In this document: piece by piece, positions 23,201 through 38,200 of the stretch
Position numbering within the stretch: position 1 is the stretch's first letter
How the letters are laid out: each line of letters opens with the position of its first letter
Origin: Haplodiscus bocki
Lineage: Eukaryota
DNA: 64,000 nucleotides
Assembly: GCA_965655095.1 (NCBI GenBank)
Contig: OZ296650.1
Coordinates: 131,006,001-131,070,000 of the forward strand
Direction of reading: 5' to 3'
Notes under the pieces: generated by a model
Seen by the model: the letters and a program-made list of their open reading frames with translations, nothing else
Told to the model about the DNA's origin: nothing
The model's database searches: none
Translations under genes and position numbers: made by a program

Positions 23201-26200
23201 AAAAATTGGAAGATGCTATTAGTTTGATAATTCAATACAAAACGTAAGTTTCATGAGTAGCTTTCATGAAGTAAAAACTTGTGAAAAGATTCGTTGAAAT
23301 ATTACTTTACTGTATACTGTACTTACTGCAGCTGATCGTCTACTAATTGTTGGAACAACCACCTCTGTATCACCCACTGTAACTGGGTTTGGTTTGATTG
23401 GTTCCGGTAGCAGCTGGAGTTGGTGGTGCAACAGCATTAAGTGATGAAGACTTAAGTGGGTTTTGAAAAATCAAAATCTCATCCTAGAATTAACCTTGTC
23501 TCAGAGAACCCTAGAAGATTTTAGGAAGTTATTTGTTAATAGTGTAGAAGATTTACAAATACATCAGTAGGAATATGAAAAACTTACTGATAATTTTATG
23601 AAATATAAAGATATAAGTTTTTCCAAACCAAGAAGAAAAACGCTTTTAGACATTCCCTAAATCTAATTTTCTTGTGTAATTTGAAATTTAAAGCTTAAGT
23701 TCTGTTGAAATTCAAAATAAATGAATACTTGTAAAATTTGCAATTTTTAGCTCCCAGAATATCTTTTACATGAAGAGTGAACAGCATTTTCTCAATGGTC
23801 AAAGGCGCACTTTCTGTTGTACTCTTCCTTTGCTTGTAGAGAACAAAATTCCTCCTTTAAGCATGAGAAGTTATTGAAAAAATTTTGATTTGAAAAAAAT
23901 TGAGATTGCCATGACAAAACTAAACACCGTCAAAAATTTAAAGTAAATATTTTTCTGTTGACCTTCTGTCGAATTTTCAATAAATTTATCCAACCAATTC
24001 TGAAACATCTTTTTATTGAAAAAATATTTTCTACTAGATTAAGTGTTTTAATAGATGAATACGGAACCTGAAGTTTGTAATCTAGTATGCAAAGCATGAG
24101 AGAATATTATTGTCAGAAATATAATCAGTTTATGCGTTTAATGGAAAAAGAAGCACACACCTCTCTTCCAATTAAAAGAAGAATAAAAATTGCCCCAAAT
24201 ATTATTGCTGTTTGTCAGAATAATGTAGATATATGACTTACACGTTTTCAAAGTGAGACTCAGAGATTGAGGCGCCAGGTATATAACTAGCATACTGATA
24301 AAATTCCAAACCTACAATGCATTCAGATCTGATCTGACCAAATATCCCGGCCAAAAATTAATTACCCAGTTACAAATATCTTTACAGATCCACTTTTCTT
24401 TATGTCACTACACACTCTGAAGATCCTGAATGTTCTACGGTACCTAATTAATCTGAATTATTTTTACCATTACAAGAATCGCATATCCCACTTTATTAAA
24501 TGTAGAAGACCAAGTTCCTAAGTCTCTTTCTTGGCAGGAAATCCCAAGGAGGTAAACTACGTTTTTACTTTTCACGAATGGATCTCGTCGGCTTTTGATT
24601 CTAATCATGAAACACCGCCAATTGATGATCAGATAACCCAACAGGTTGATGATACCCAGTTGGAGGGATTAGGTTTCATCTTTAAGGGAGTAGCAAAATT
24701 AAAGATGGAATTTATCAGATTAAAGAACATGCAAGGATCTTTCCAGATCCCACTTCCAAAAAAGACCAAATTGCCAAATCTAGTTTTATCATCGAAAGCA
24801 GTTATCCCTACTGTCTCCATTGGTGTATTTCGGTTCGTTTATATACAGTTGATGAAAACTAATATCACACAAGTATATATCCAACATGAATGATAATCCA
24901 ATCATCAAATTGGAGAGATTAAAACTGCATATGTATGCTAATGATATTCCTCAAATTGAAAAACTGAATCGGAGTGACTTCGTTAATCTAAACAGTATTT
25001 TTTTTGCATTTGGAGGACATCAACTTCAGGATCAACCATCCGCGTGCAATAGCAACTACAGATTTTAAGCTCGCTTCCCGATCGCATTTAGCAATTCCAT
25101 AGAAACTTTCCTTTCTTAGACTTCAAACGTTTTGGCTCGAGTTAGCGTTCTTAATTCTGTTAATTTGTACCCTTTAAAAGCGGTCTACTTCGATACCTCC
25201 TAAATGAATTCAATGCCTCGCCAATTTTTTTCCTGAGGCTTTTTGGCGCTACTTTCTGATATCTGACCCTCTCCTTGATATTCTAGCTGGCAAATTGCCA
25301 ATTGTTCTACAAAGGCAGAGTTAAATGTGAACACTTCTCCACTGCAAAAAAGGTGCGGAGCTGGCTCTTTGAAATAAACTCTTTCTGTTGAAACAGTAAC
25401 CTTTTTCCTGAATAATCTTCAGATTTTCGAATTTTAGTTTTCAATTTTTTCTAATTGGTATATGTTAATCTTACAAGTGAATACAATGTTATCTCACTTT
25501 GATTGTGCCACTAGTCTTTGAAAGCGATTAAGTGGTTTTTAATTACTGGCACTTTTGCTTTCAGGTTAACCTAATCTTTTATGTTGACAAACCTAACTTC
25601 CATCGGAATTAAGAAACAAATTTTGGTAATGTGAAATTTACTCAACAACCTGCTTCGGAGCTTATCTCCAGTATGTATTTGTCGTACATACCCTCATCTT
25701 CAGAATTATCAGCTATTAACTTATCAATTGGAATATTGTGAACTTCGAACACATTCAATATCTGTCATCTGTTATTTCAACAACTAAATGTAGTCAAGTT
25801 TTATAAATTCAGGCTGAATCATTTTTGATGCCTGGACGGAAGGTGGTTAATAATTAGAAATTTCTTCTCGATACATGTTCTAGAATTGAGCTGGGAAGCT
25901 GATTTTAAAATTAGAGAGGAATTGATCTAACTGGAATGCTTTGCTCAAGAAAAGTTGAGAATACAAAAATTGAAGGAATCAACACCTGGAACTAGTTAAA
26001 CACTGATCCATCGAAGAAATCTTAATAGTCCCTTCTATCAAAAACTGAATTGGAGTCGGTCAAAAGCAGTACGAACCAGAGTCGGCATGAAGCTTGAATC
26101 TGTCTTTAACTTTCGAGCGGCCGTTATACTACCCTATCAAAGAACTTTGAAGTTTAAAATTCACTTTTTGGAAGTTGACATTTTAGTTTATTTAGGCCTT

Positions 26201-29200
26201 TTGACGATTTTGATTGTTTAACGGAGAATTTCTTCCTGAAGAACCTAAAGAAATAGATAATAGTATTTTAACTTCTAAATTTTTATCTGTTCAAGAACCA
26301 ATTAGCAGTTTGTTACTATGAAAGTAAGTCCTCCGGAAAGAAATAATGTTCCTACTTTGGCTCATTTCCAGAAATATAAAAGTGGCTTGAGAAGAATTGT
26401 TAACTTGGGAAAAAGATGCTGCTGTATATTTCAAAACACGCGTACTCCTGAAAATGACACCCGAGCAAGAAGAATTCCAATAAACCACCCACGTTTTTTT
26501 ATGGAGATCTCGTTGATAAAACGTTGTACCGAAAATATTCCAACACACTTTGAAAAAATCTTCCCTATTTAAAGGTAAAATTGTATGATCATGTAACCAG
26601 TGAAAACAGAGGAGCGGCTCATAATGAATTCATCATTGATCTTGAAAGGAAATCATCCATTTTTCTTCCTCTGTTCTTCCAGAAGCTCTCAGCTTATGAT
26701 AACGACGTTGAAAAGCTTGATAACCGCAATCTTTTAGACGAGGATGTCCCGAAGCTCAAATAATTTCCCACTGTAGGGAAAACTGTTTTAGTGTACAAGT
26801 AGTTTGCTAAGATTCATAGACTCATGCCGTTTCGTACCGTCATCACTTAATAAGCTTTCAAAGATAAGCTTTCAGATTCTGCACAAATGGATAGCCAAAG
26901 GATTTGAGGATCACCCATTCAAATAGAAATTAGCTGATCCTTCTGGGAGTTATAGTATAAAAAACATAGAAAAACCTTTGGCTCTGGAAAATCAAGATAA
27001 TTGGTCAAACAAAGCTATCCTGAACATGAAAATATGCGAACAGTTTTAGTCCTTGAATAATGTCAAATTAAATTACGAGAAGAATAAGTTAAATTGTATA
27101 TTGCGATGGACGTTCTGTTATCAGGTAATGTATTTGAACCTATTTTTTAAAACAGCCACTGCAACATACAAAAATCCTTTATACGCCTACTGACTACTAG
27201 TTTATACATGGAAAGCAGGTATAAAATAAACTGCACCTGACTTGATTTTTTAAATTATAAAGATGATCATCTGTGGTTACTGTTGGAGCATCCACTAAGA
27301 GCAGGCATTTTGAGTGTAATGGGAGACTGACATATAGAATCCACAGAAGGAATTCCGGAGAAGTTTCTCCCAAAAAAATCGTAGAAATTGCTTCCAAAAA
27401 TATTCATCTGATGTAAATAATCTTTATTGATGGACAATTTTTCATGTTTACCCACCGGTAGTTTTCGAAAACTAGATCTCTCTACAAAACACGAAGAATT
27501 TATCAGCCACATCTTAGGTACACCTGACTATCAAGAATGGGGATTTTTCATAGATTGTGATCTTGAATATGCTCCCAATATCAAAGAGAAAATTGAAAAC
27601 TTCCGCTTTAGTCCTGAATACGAGACCTCAACATATTCTCAGGCTATATCCATCAACTCGAGCAACCCAAATATGCACCAACTGCAAAACTAATTCTCGA
27701 TCGACCTCAGAAGACTAAGCTCATGACTAATTACCACTCACTAAAGTTTTCATTCTGACATAGAGTGCGCGGATCCGAAATCCTTCTGGGAGGAGAAAAT
27801 GTTGAATTATATGGATGCTGATTCTTTCATTTGAAGTATGCGCACAAACAACTTGGAAATTATTTGCGATGACTTTGAGGAAGATTTTGATTTCAGTGAA
27901 CCGAGTGAAGACCATCCTTTCCATTCACCAACTAATGAAAAAATTTTGTGGAGAAATGAAAATAGAAACATGTCCAAACATTACAGTGGACAAATTTGTA
28001 GTTTTGAGGGAAAATCTTATTCCCATTCGTGCGTTAAGGCCGGTGGAAACGAAGGACGCAAATCAAAATTGAAGGGAATTCAAAAAGCTCCCATAGTTAA
28101 CGCTTGCTTGGAGAGGAATTGATTTTTTCTGAGTGTTGACCCGATGATTTTGTAAGTTTTGCTTCTAAAAATAAAGCCAGAGGCCCCATGGTTTCTACCA
28201 ATGGTTTCACATGTAGCGTAGAGAGAATTAATTTTTTTTCGAACTCAAAATTGTAGAACTAGGTAGCTGTTTTGTAGACTAATGTAAGTGTCCTCACATG
28301 GTACCCTAATTTAGATGTTTGTTTACAGTAGGCAGTGAAGAGGGGCTATAGGAAGTTTTTTCCTGCATGGTTGAATTGGATCCGAGAGTGATGGCTAGGG
28401 TTGATGAAATAAAATCAAAATCTTTTTTTACAATGATTGAAAAACAGTCATCTTCACCCATCCCCAAAAGAAATTCATCTTACAACTAAAACACATACCA
28501 AAAGGTATTCTTTTCTGTAACAAACCGTATGAGACTGTAGAAACTGTGAAGTTAGTTAATTCAACACACTTTGAAAAAAGTTTGTTGACAAATGCCCCAC
28601 CTCTGATCAGATTTCTGTCGATAAAGGAATTTCTTCTGGTAAAGATTATCGTTAGATGAAACTATCAGCAGTAGCATATCAGTTAACAGACCTAGCCAAA
28701 CAAAAATTTTACTGGTAAACGTTAATCAACACCACAAAAAAACTTGTTCCAGAAACAGCGCTTATCAAAATAAGTATCCAAGGAGATTCAATTTCTATGA
28801 AGTCTATCATGAGAACCACAAATTTAATGGTGCTCATTTCCGACCCTAACTGAGATGGTATTTACTAGAAAGGAATATGCAGCAGAACGTCGATCTGACC
28901 AACCCATGAATATAAATAACAACCATTGACAAACTGCATTTGAATTGAGTTTGTGTTGTTGGGTCAATTGTTAATGGATCAAGAGGACGTTCGTCATTTA
29001 GTTTTAATCATACTGAAGCACCGGGTTCCAAAATTGTAAAACAAGGAAGTAAATTTTTGTACAATAAATTTAGCACACCAGTTTGGATAGCATCAACTTT
29101 TATCTTGAAGATGATGGCCGTACCCGGTTGATTTGAACGCAGAAACTTGAACTTTACTCCTCTATATATATTTTTTGAAAAGGTCATGTAGATCAAGATC

Positions 29201-32200
29201 TAAGCAAAGCTTAGTTGACCTTCGTTGATTTTGATACAATATAGATGACTAATCCGTTTCCAATTTCTCAAACTAATTCGTATTGATTGTGTCGGTAGAA
29301 AACCTTACTCTGCCACTTCTGGCATCGCAGGCCATTTGAGTTGTTTCTATTTAAAGAAAACGGTAAGAGAATAAAATTACTTTGAGGAAAAAGAACACGC
29401 TGCCAAAGATATGAATCCTGCATAGTATCACATAACACAATTCCAGCAGAACGATTGAGAGTTTTTCGAAGCGACTTCGATAAAAGTTGGGAAAAGCAGG
29501 CAGAAATTGTTGAAAAGAAAAGAAGCAACTGAATCCCCTCGCTATAGCTGAAATTGCGCCTGCTGTCCTGAATTTTGTTCATCAAAAGTATTCATTCAGG
29601 AAACAATCACTTCATTGAAGATAATCAACGAAGTCACTTCGAACAATCTCTTCCACTCCAACCTGGAAGTGGCCCATTTACAGAAAGTGTTTTAGTTTTT
29701 CTTTCATCTGATCCTAACGAACTAATTGATCCTCTCAAACTATTTTTTCTGGAAAAGTTGGGTAGAAATGATTCACAACTTCTAAAAGAGAACAGCATTT
29801 ACTGATGAGCTGTTGGAGTATGAACGTATCACCAAAAAAAACCATCAAACATTATCCTTTAAAAGAATTTTTCAGATTCTCAAGTTTCTCGAATAATTTA
29901 ATATTTTTGTTTTGAGTAATAGAAAAAAAACTTTCCTGAGCCTATCACCCTTGAAGGAATTTTGCTGAAGGTTTTTTCTGCAACAAAATTTCTCTGAGTT
30001 TTCCCCAAACAGTTTTCCCCAAAAGATTCATATAAATAATTCTTCATTAAAAAGGAAATTTATGAATAAAAATTATTGAATTGAAACTATTATTAAACAT
30101 TACATGAAAAACAGTGAATTGTTTATGAATAATTGAAAGAATTGCGGGGTGAACTGGATAAAGACAATATGAAACTAAAAAATGAAATAATGGAAATCTA
30201 TTTGATTTCTAAAACTTCTAGGAGAAATTCCCTTATTCTTTTTTGAAAAAAAAGTTCAGTTTCGGGAGTAAACTCTTTTTTGTTATTAGATTCATTCCAG
30301 TTCCTGTACTTTCCATCAACTTTCGTTTCTTTTTGTTTTTAAATTATTATCTTTCCTTCCATGCTTCTCAACAGAGTCACCTAAATTCATAACTGGAATA
30401 AAAACCTGAATAGTTTCTCCAGAAGTTCAACGTCTTTTGGTGCTTGTTGAAAGGCTCATAATATTACTGTTGTTCCGAATTGTTGTCTCAGGAAGATTAA
30501 AGTATGATTGAGCTAAATTTCAAGCATCCACACCAGCATGTCTTCCGCAGGTGAAGTAATATTGATCAATCAGTTATTGGTTTTAACCAAGCATATGATC
30601 AAACAACTGTACAGCCTTCCTCACACTGAAATCATTTATCATTTTCTCTTCATGATGTTCTGTTGAAGTGTCTTCTTATTCTACCTCAGTGCACTAATCC
30701 TCTGATCTGGTAATTACTTATGCTAGCTGTGAGGATTTTCTAAATTCCTAATTTTTAATTTTTTATCCGCAGGTAAGTTTCACCACGGAAGAAGGACCAG
30801 CAATCAGTGTTGTTAATCTTTTCTTCTTCACTTTTTTCTTGATATTTTTCTAAGTTACCAGAGTTGATAGGAAAATTCCTTCCACAAAAATTTGTTTCAA
30901 TTTTGCCTTCTACGAACGAAGAAACTTTTCCTACATATTTATTTAATTTTGTTCTATCATGACGAGGAATTGTAAACTTACGTCCAACAAAAGGAACTCA
31001 TTGGGTTTGGTACACAGACTACTACTACTTTCATTCCTACTGGTGTCCACCACCTAATCCCTACTTATTTCATTGACAATCCAAGAGAAAGAGAATCAAT
31101 ACTAACCAAGCAAACTTTGACAAAAGGTAGAGGAGAATTTTTGAAAAATATCCGTTACTGGTGTCAAAGAAATATAACCAAGCCATCTAAAAAATTACTC
31201 CGAACCGTGAAAGTTACTAGTACTTAGTTGTTGGAATCACAATAAAAAAATTGATATTTCATGTTGATAGAATTTTACTTCGAAAACTTTGCCCTCCTGT
31301 TCCTCCGAAGAAAGTTACGGTTTGAGTGGGGTTTTTTAAATTCCAAAAGTTCTACTTTGTTGTATAAATTTTACTAAAACTGTTTCTTTTATCAGGAACT
31401 CTGACAGAACCTTCTACTTCAAAGTGGGGAACAATCTTTTCTATTTTTCATGTTTTCTCAGCTGACTTCGTTGTTGGTATTTTCCTTTCGATTTGATTTT
31501 TCAGCAGGGGTCATCTTAATCGTTAAATGTGTTCTGTTGTTGCACACACTCAAAGCAGTTTCCAGTTAATCTAACCAGCTGCCTTTTCACTGTATCGAAA
31601 AGGGATACTGGCGTACTCTCTCTCTCTCTCTCTCCTACTCTTGGATTTGTAAGGTACTGCACAGACCGAGGGGACTTCGTTTCCTTGATATGAGGGAAGA
31701 TCCAACTCTTGTGCTTCAACTTGTCTGCTAGTGTACTGAAAAGTTTTCAACACATGTGCACTTTTCACTTGAAGGCAGCGTGTTCAATGAAACAAAAGTT
31801 TATAGTAGTGTTGTAAATCCTTATATAACACAAACGACAGTGAAAGAAAAAAATTAATTTATAAATTGTTCTTAGCGGAAGCAAAGAATTGTATTTTTTT
31901 TTGCTTGAGCTATTTGTTGCCCTATATAAAGATTTACAACAGTACTTTCGCCTCTGTGGAAAATTGAATAGCTGGGTAGAAACACTCATGGAGGCATATG
32001 ATTTTTATCCAATTTGATGATGTGGATGGAGTTCAGCGCGAGTTCTGAGCCATCCTCAATACCACACCTCAGAAGTTTCAGAAAATCAGTTTTCCCAAAA
32101 TTTTTAATCATTTGTACAACTATATAAAAATGTATGAATACTTTTTGTTTTGAATCACCTTGGTAGCTAAACAGAAGGGTGCCTGCACTCATCTTGCGCC

Positions 32201-35200
32201 AATATTGGGTGCAGGGATCCCAATAATTTATTGGCAATGATTTTTTCGGGGATCAATTAGTCAATCAATCATTGGAATTCCCGCCAAAGAATTGTTGCGT
32301 TGAGTGACGATTAATTGGATCTTCAGAAATGTTTATTTTTAAATTTCTAAAACCAAGAGAAGCATGAATTTCAAATTACAAATATTATCATTCGTGTGCG
32401 TCGACAATCATTCACGGCAGATAAATCACAGGAGTGCCTGATATGCCTCAAGAAATTTTGCCCGATCTCCGGCAAAGTTAGTTGTCACAACTCATCCTAA
32501 ACGGATCCAGCGGCATTAAATAACTTCTCAGAACGTTTCGTCTTTGGGAGTGGGAAATTGCAGTTATTATACTTTGTAGCTTCATGACTCGTTTTGCAAG
32601 TACTTTGGGAACGAAATCGTTCACAAGCTTGAGGGCATCTACAATAGCTGGCATTCAACCAGTCCATATTTTTCGACTATCGAGATGCTCATGCACTGTG
32701 AGGCTACTCTCTTCGCCTTTGACAATCTTCATTATTCCGTTCTCAACTGAAAATCGGGATTCTTCGAAATTTGGCAGTTATGTGAATATGCTGCCCGAGT
32801 CAAGCTAGCTGTTCTTTAGTGGTTGACTGAAAGGTTTCATATAGTTATGGGGAAAAGGACGACGAAACATGTTGATAATCCTTGTCATGAGACGAAGAAC
32901 ACACAAGAATTGCCATGAACCGAGTGTTGCGAGACGTTGCAGCGAACTTGTCTGGTAGTGCTTCTTTCACATCTAACAGCAATAAAGTGCTTATACCATT
33001 TCGAGGATAGCAATTGATTTTTTCTCAAATGTGCGACAAAGTTTTCCAGTACATTTACTCTCCGAAGTAGAAACCTGGCGTAGCTGAGTACAGAACCAAT
33101 TGTTTCACCGCTGATTGTCTCTGGGACTTCAACTCGGAATCAGCCATCAATAGTTTCAGCCCTTTCATTACATGAATTATAAAGTTGCCCGATATGTATG
33201 TCCTGATAATCTTACCGTCTTCTTGGTCAGTACGATTAACATTGAGTATCTGGTGCCCTCAGTATTTTGCTTCATGAAATTTTCCATATTTCTTTTTCAA
33301 CTAGAGTGATTTATCTTAATTTAAACTCACGGATGGAGCGTCAGCAGATGCAGTAGTTGAAGCAAACCTGGAAAAAACTATCGTCAGCCAAAACTAAATA
33401 CTTCAAGAGTTCAATGCCCAATCTTTTAATTGGCTCATGGGGAGAATCAACCTGATAAATGATCATTCCATATCTTTTTGCAATTGTTTCGTTTCATAAT
33501 CAATTTTTTAATTGGGGATCCCTGATTGCATGTAGTAATCAGTAATAGAGGTTACATGTATCTCTAATTTTGTTTTAAACTTTATATTTGCTATTTATTC
33601 ACTGTATTCGAATAATTAAATGGTTCTGTTTCCTCGCCGTATACTGTTTCCAACAAACTGCAAAGAGAGCAGTACTACTTTCAGGACTTCAATTTTTTCA
33701 ACTTTGCAAAGCATACCTATAGTGTTATCCTATTTTGAAGTTTCTTTTACGCTTTTTTGCACGAAATTTAGCGATTTCGTCCGACATAAGGATTTTCGTG
33801 CGACAAATTGAAAAATTTTGAAAACGGAGGAAAACTGAGTACAGGGGAGATTATATAGACCAATTGTAGCATTGGTGAGAGCGCGCAAATTAAAACAAAA
33901 TGATTTTTTGTTGCTTTCCAGTGGAATTTACCTATACATGGGTTAAACCCTGGAAACATTCGAATTTTTCCAATTTGCAAGAAATCAGAATAAGGTTCAA
34001 TGAGGAACCCTGTGCATCTGCATTGAGTTGATGATACCGCGCAAACTAAAAAATTGTCTCAAAATCCTCTGGAGGTATTCATTCTAAGAACGACTAGTAG
34101 CGAAAATGGCCGGGCAAGTTGAGACGGTTTAAAGTTTTCAATTGTAATCCAGGGTTTTATCCAGCCAAGGGGCTGGCTTTTCTCAAGCTTTGGGAATGGA
34201 AATAATTAGAAAACTTTCGAAAACATTGAGATTGTTCCACCTTTGGTACAGGGGTTACGGAGGATATGCTAAGTAGTGGGAGTGTGCGAGGAAGTTAAAG
34301 CGGCCAATGGTTATCAATTTTATTGAAGAGTAGTGTCTGAGAAAAAGATGTGACCATTCAGAGGCAGTGGGAATGAAGGGAATAACAAAAATTTTGTAAG
34401 CAAATAGGTTATTAGGTTGGGTACTAAAATTCAAGAAAGTAGTGACAAGGACAGGGTTAGAGTGGTTAAAGGTTCAGTTCTAATCCGGGGTAGTATCCAA
34501 CTAAGGGTGTGGCATATTCCAGGTTGTGAGAACCGTTAATGTGAAAAAAATCGAAAACCCTGAGATTTTGTCAAACTTGGGTACACGGGCAAGCGAGCGT
34601 GTGTTAAATGGAGACGGACCGGCGAAGTTCTAATGTCAAATAATCCTCAATTCTGAAGCAGAGTATTAGCCGGGCAAGGACGCGGCCATTCTCAGATTGT
34701 GGGAATACATGGAATCAGTAAAAGTTGTGAACATGAAATAAATTTACCTTGTTTACTAGTCAGAGAGGAAGCGCTTGGTACGCAGAGCTGCCGGCGTTGG
34801 TGAATGGGAAGAATCAATTGTATTACGGGTTGTATGCCGGCAAAGGTGTGGCCTTTCAGGGGAAGTCGCATTGAAGGGAATGACAAATTTTAGAATTTCA
34901 AAACCTTGTAATTTTCCATTTTGGATAATGGGGTTAGGGAGGATTGGGAAATTTGTGTGAAGAGCCGGCGAAGTTTACATTTCGAGTTTGTCGTAGTATT
35001 CGGGCAAAGGCGTGGCTTTTGACAAGCTGCGGGAACGAAGGTAAGGAAGATATCGTGAACAATAGAGATGGTTCCAACATAGATAAATGGAATTGGAAGT
35101 TCATGCTAACTACTGGAAGTGGTCGACGAATTTTGAAACGGGAAATAGTTTGCAATTCAAATCAGGATAGTATTGCAGAGAGCATTGTTGTTCACAGGCT

Positions 35201-38200
35201 GCGGGAACAAAGGGATGATATCTTGAAGAGATAGAAATTATAGTTTGGGTACGGGCAGTTTATCTTTTCAACCGCGAAGTTTAAAGTGGGGAGTTGTCAA
35301 ATCTGCGGGGTATTATCAGGTCTGGCCGTATCGAAGCTTTAAAAATCCAGTGAATCTCAAAATTTTCGTATGATGATGTTATTTCAACTTGAATGTTAGG
35401 AAGGATGGCTAATTATTGGAAGTCGCGGGCGCACTTAAATTTCTGAGTAGTTACCTAGAGTTCATGAGCAATCAACTGACTGAATCCAGAAGAAACACTG
35501 CTGTTGCATCTTGTGATCAAGGGACGTTGCTCCCGTATTCGATTTCATTGTAGTATCTCTGAACTCAACTCATTTGAACTATCTCGCTATATCTAAACAA
35601 TGGCTTATCTAAGGGCCTCCCGGTTCAGGTCAGACCCTTGGGTTTTTGAAGGTCCTCATAAAAGTCATTCTGGACTTAGTTTTTTCTGAGCGATCGTAGC
35701 GTTCATGTGATCATTTTTTGGGAAAGATCCGTCGAGAATGACAGCGCCATTTAGTTATTTTTGGTGATTGCTCACAGGTCTCAATCTCGCAGGCTGCATG
35801 TACTTATTACGTTTTTAGCGTACTCTGCTAGTCAAAATAAACTTGAAACACCGAACACTCTTTGCCATACTTCCATGATTTTTGTAGACAAAATTGGTTT
35901 TTTGGTGAACATTCACTTAGTCTTGAAGGGTAGGTGTTTGTGGATCAGTCGATGGCGTCTCCCGCCCTTTCCAAGCCATTCGTTACTATTCAATGTATAA
36001 TTTGTTCTTATTTCATTTCGTTGCTTGCTATGTTTTTATGCTTTTTGATAACTTCGTTGGAGGTATAAGCTTACCAATTTTAATCTGGCGAGTTATCCTG
36101 GTACCATTTTTAAGTTGAGGGAACGCATGGAGTCAGAAAAATCTTTAAATAGTTGAAAATATTCCAACTTTGGTACAGGGGCTAACAAGTGAGTGCTAAG
36201 CATTGGAAATGACCCGACAAGTTTCTGCTGGATTAAGTTTTCAATTCTAATCCGCAATAGTATTCTGGCAAACGCTTAGCCAGTTGCAAGCAGCGTTAAA
36301 TTTGTGATGAATTTTTTGTTGAAAACGAAAATTTTGGTGGAGTGAATGGTAGTCCTTACGGGCAACCCCTATACGCAGAACTCCTGTAAATGGTTATCCG
36401 AAAAATTTTCCTAGTCCTGTCCGCCTTGAGTGGCTGTATTTTCTCACGCTGTTCGTACAATATTTTGCGACTTCGGTCGACAGAAGGATTTTTATGTGAC
36501 ATCTTTGAAAAATCTTTTCCAAAACGCAGCAGAGCTGCGTGAGACTAAAGGGGGGGGGGGAAATATGGACCATCATAGCAGCGGTGAGAGCGCGCAGGTC
36601 AACTAAGTTTTGAAAGTTCCCCAGTCGATATAATAATGAAAGTGTAAAGCCCAGGAACGTAATTCATTTATCCCAATTGGCGGGAATACGGAATAACGGT
36701 TAAGGGGAACCGTATGATTCTCCAATTTTTTTCCGAAGTTCTATCCGCCTTGGAAAGCACGCTTTTCTATCGCGGTTTAAGTCTCAACCCCACTTCACAT
36801 GTCGATTCTTGATTCACACTTTTTGCTCAGAGTTTTCGGTCAGTTTACTTTCGTTCAGCGATTGATGATAAATTTCAGCCATTACAAAATCTTTTCCGTT
36901 CATATGCTGAAACTTTCACATAATGGAAGAACGCAAAAGCGATATAAAAAATTCGGCTTTTGATGCACAATCGTGTACGACACAAGATAGTCGCAAAAAT
37001 TCACAACTGTTTTTATTAGGAAACTTAATTTTTCTACGACAATGCTCTAAGTTATACCAAAGTGGTATAGGGGCAGAAAATGAACTCAAGAAGCGTCTGG
37101 AAAGAGATTATATCACCGAAGTATAAAAACTACAATAATATTTTAGTCTCGCTAATTAAAAATGATACTTTGTATAAATACTTCCATCAAATTTCGATTA
37201 TTTTTTTTCGCCCTTGTTTAAATATGGAAGTAAAATCCTCTCGCTGTGTGCAATTTTTTACAATATACTTGTCAATTGCGCGATTCTACTATTCTACCAA
37301 CCAAAATCGGTTACTTTGTTTATTGACTTCGAAATTTTTTCCTATCAATTTTTATGGAAATTGCCCCAGAATGCGGATGCGGATAAAATGGTAATATTTC
37401 TTTAAAATATCTTTTTCTTTGACCAAAATTTAGGGTCGTTGAAAGAGTTTTTTCTAGGAATTTTTAAACAAATTTAGAGGGCAGAAAATATCCCAGTGGT
37501 AGCTGGGTGTCTTGTTTCACAATTGCTTGGGAACTTGTGGCATGCGAAAACCCAGAGGAGTTGCAATTTTACTTGAAAATGGCTTTTCGAATTTCCATAT
37601 CTTAATTGGTATCTTGGCAATATTCCGTCGCCATTCGCGAATCGTAGGTATGTTTTGGGATGGGGCAATATGCGGGCAGATAACAAGCCCTAACGAACCT
37701 TTAGGAATGCCTTGAAATACAGGTTCAGAAGTCCTATCCGCCACAGGTAGCCATGTGTCAATTTGTTTATTGAATTGTTTTAGCCTACATTAATTGGGCA
37801 AAAGGAGTTCACATCTGTAGTTTTGCCTTCAACCAATTCATCAGCTGCCTCCACTCCACGTTATCAGAGAGAAGTGCAAAGTGTCTCGGACAATTTGGTC
37901 TGTTCAATTCCAAAGGGTGCCGCGTCCAATGTCCCCAGTTCGCAACCAAGTAAATTGACTAGTTAAAAGCCCAATTTCAGGGCTGTTACTTGTATAGCTT
38001 ATGTGTGGTGTTTTTGGTCATTGATTTCTATTTGGCTTCAGTGAGAACTGAGGAGTGCGTGCGTCTTTTTAATCGGCGCTTTAGAAAAAAATACCAACTA
38101 TTGAAGACTTTTTAGGACTTCGGAGAATTTTGATTTTACGAGTACTTATAGTGACTGTTATTCGGTGTGTTTACTCTTTTTGGTACGACATTTTGCGACT

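Larger units (their letters stand above)
22700..31000. mobile_element. Decayed Polinton/Maverick (endogenous dsDNA virus-like element) within MOSPD1 intron 3
   Basis: Co-located remnants of protein-primed PolB (+), a penton-like ORF (+), small ORFs (+) and an A32-like packaging ATPase (-). Termini not identified. Confidence 0.85.

Noticed and set aside
31018-31030. (ACT)4 as the Polinton terminus (AGT-repeat TIR end)
   Set aside because: No matching inverted end or TSD was found on the left; it may be a simple repeat.
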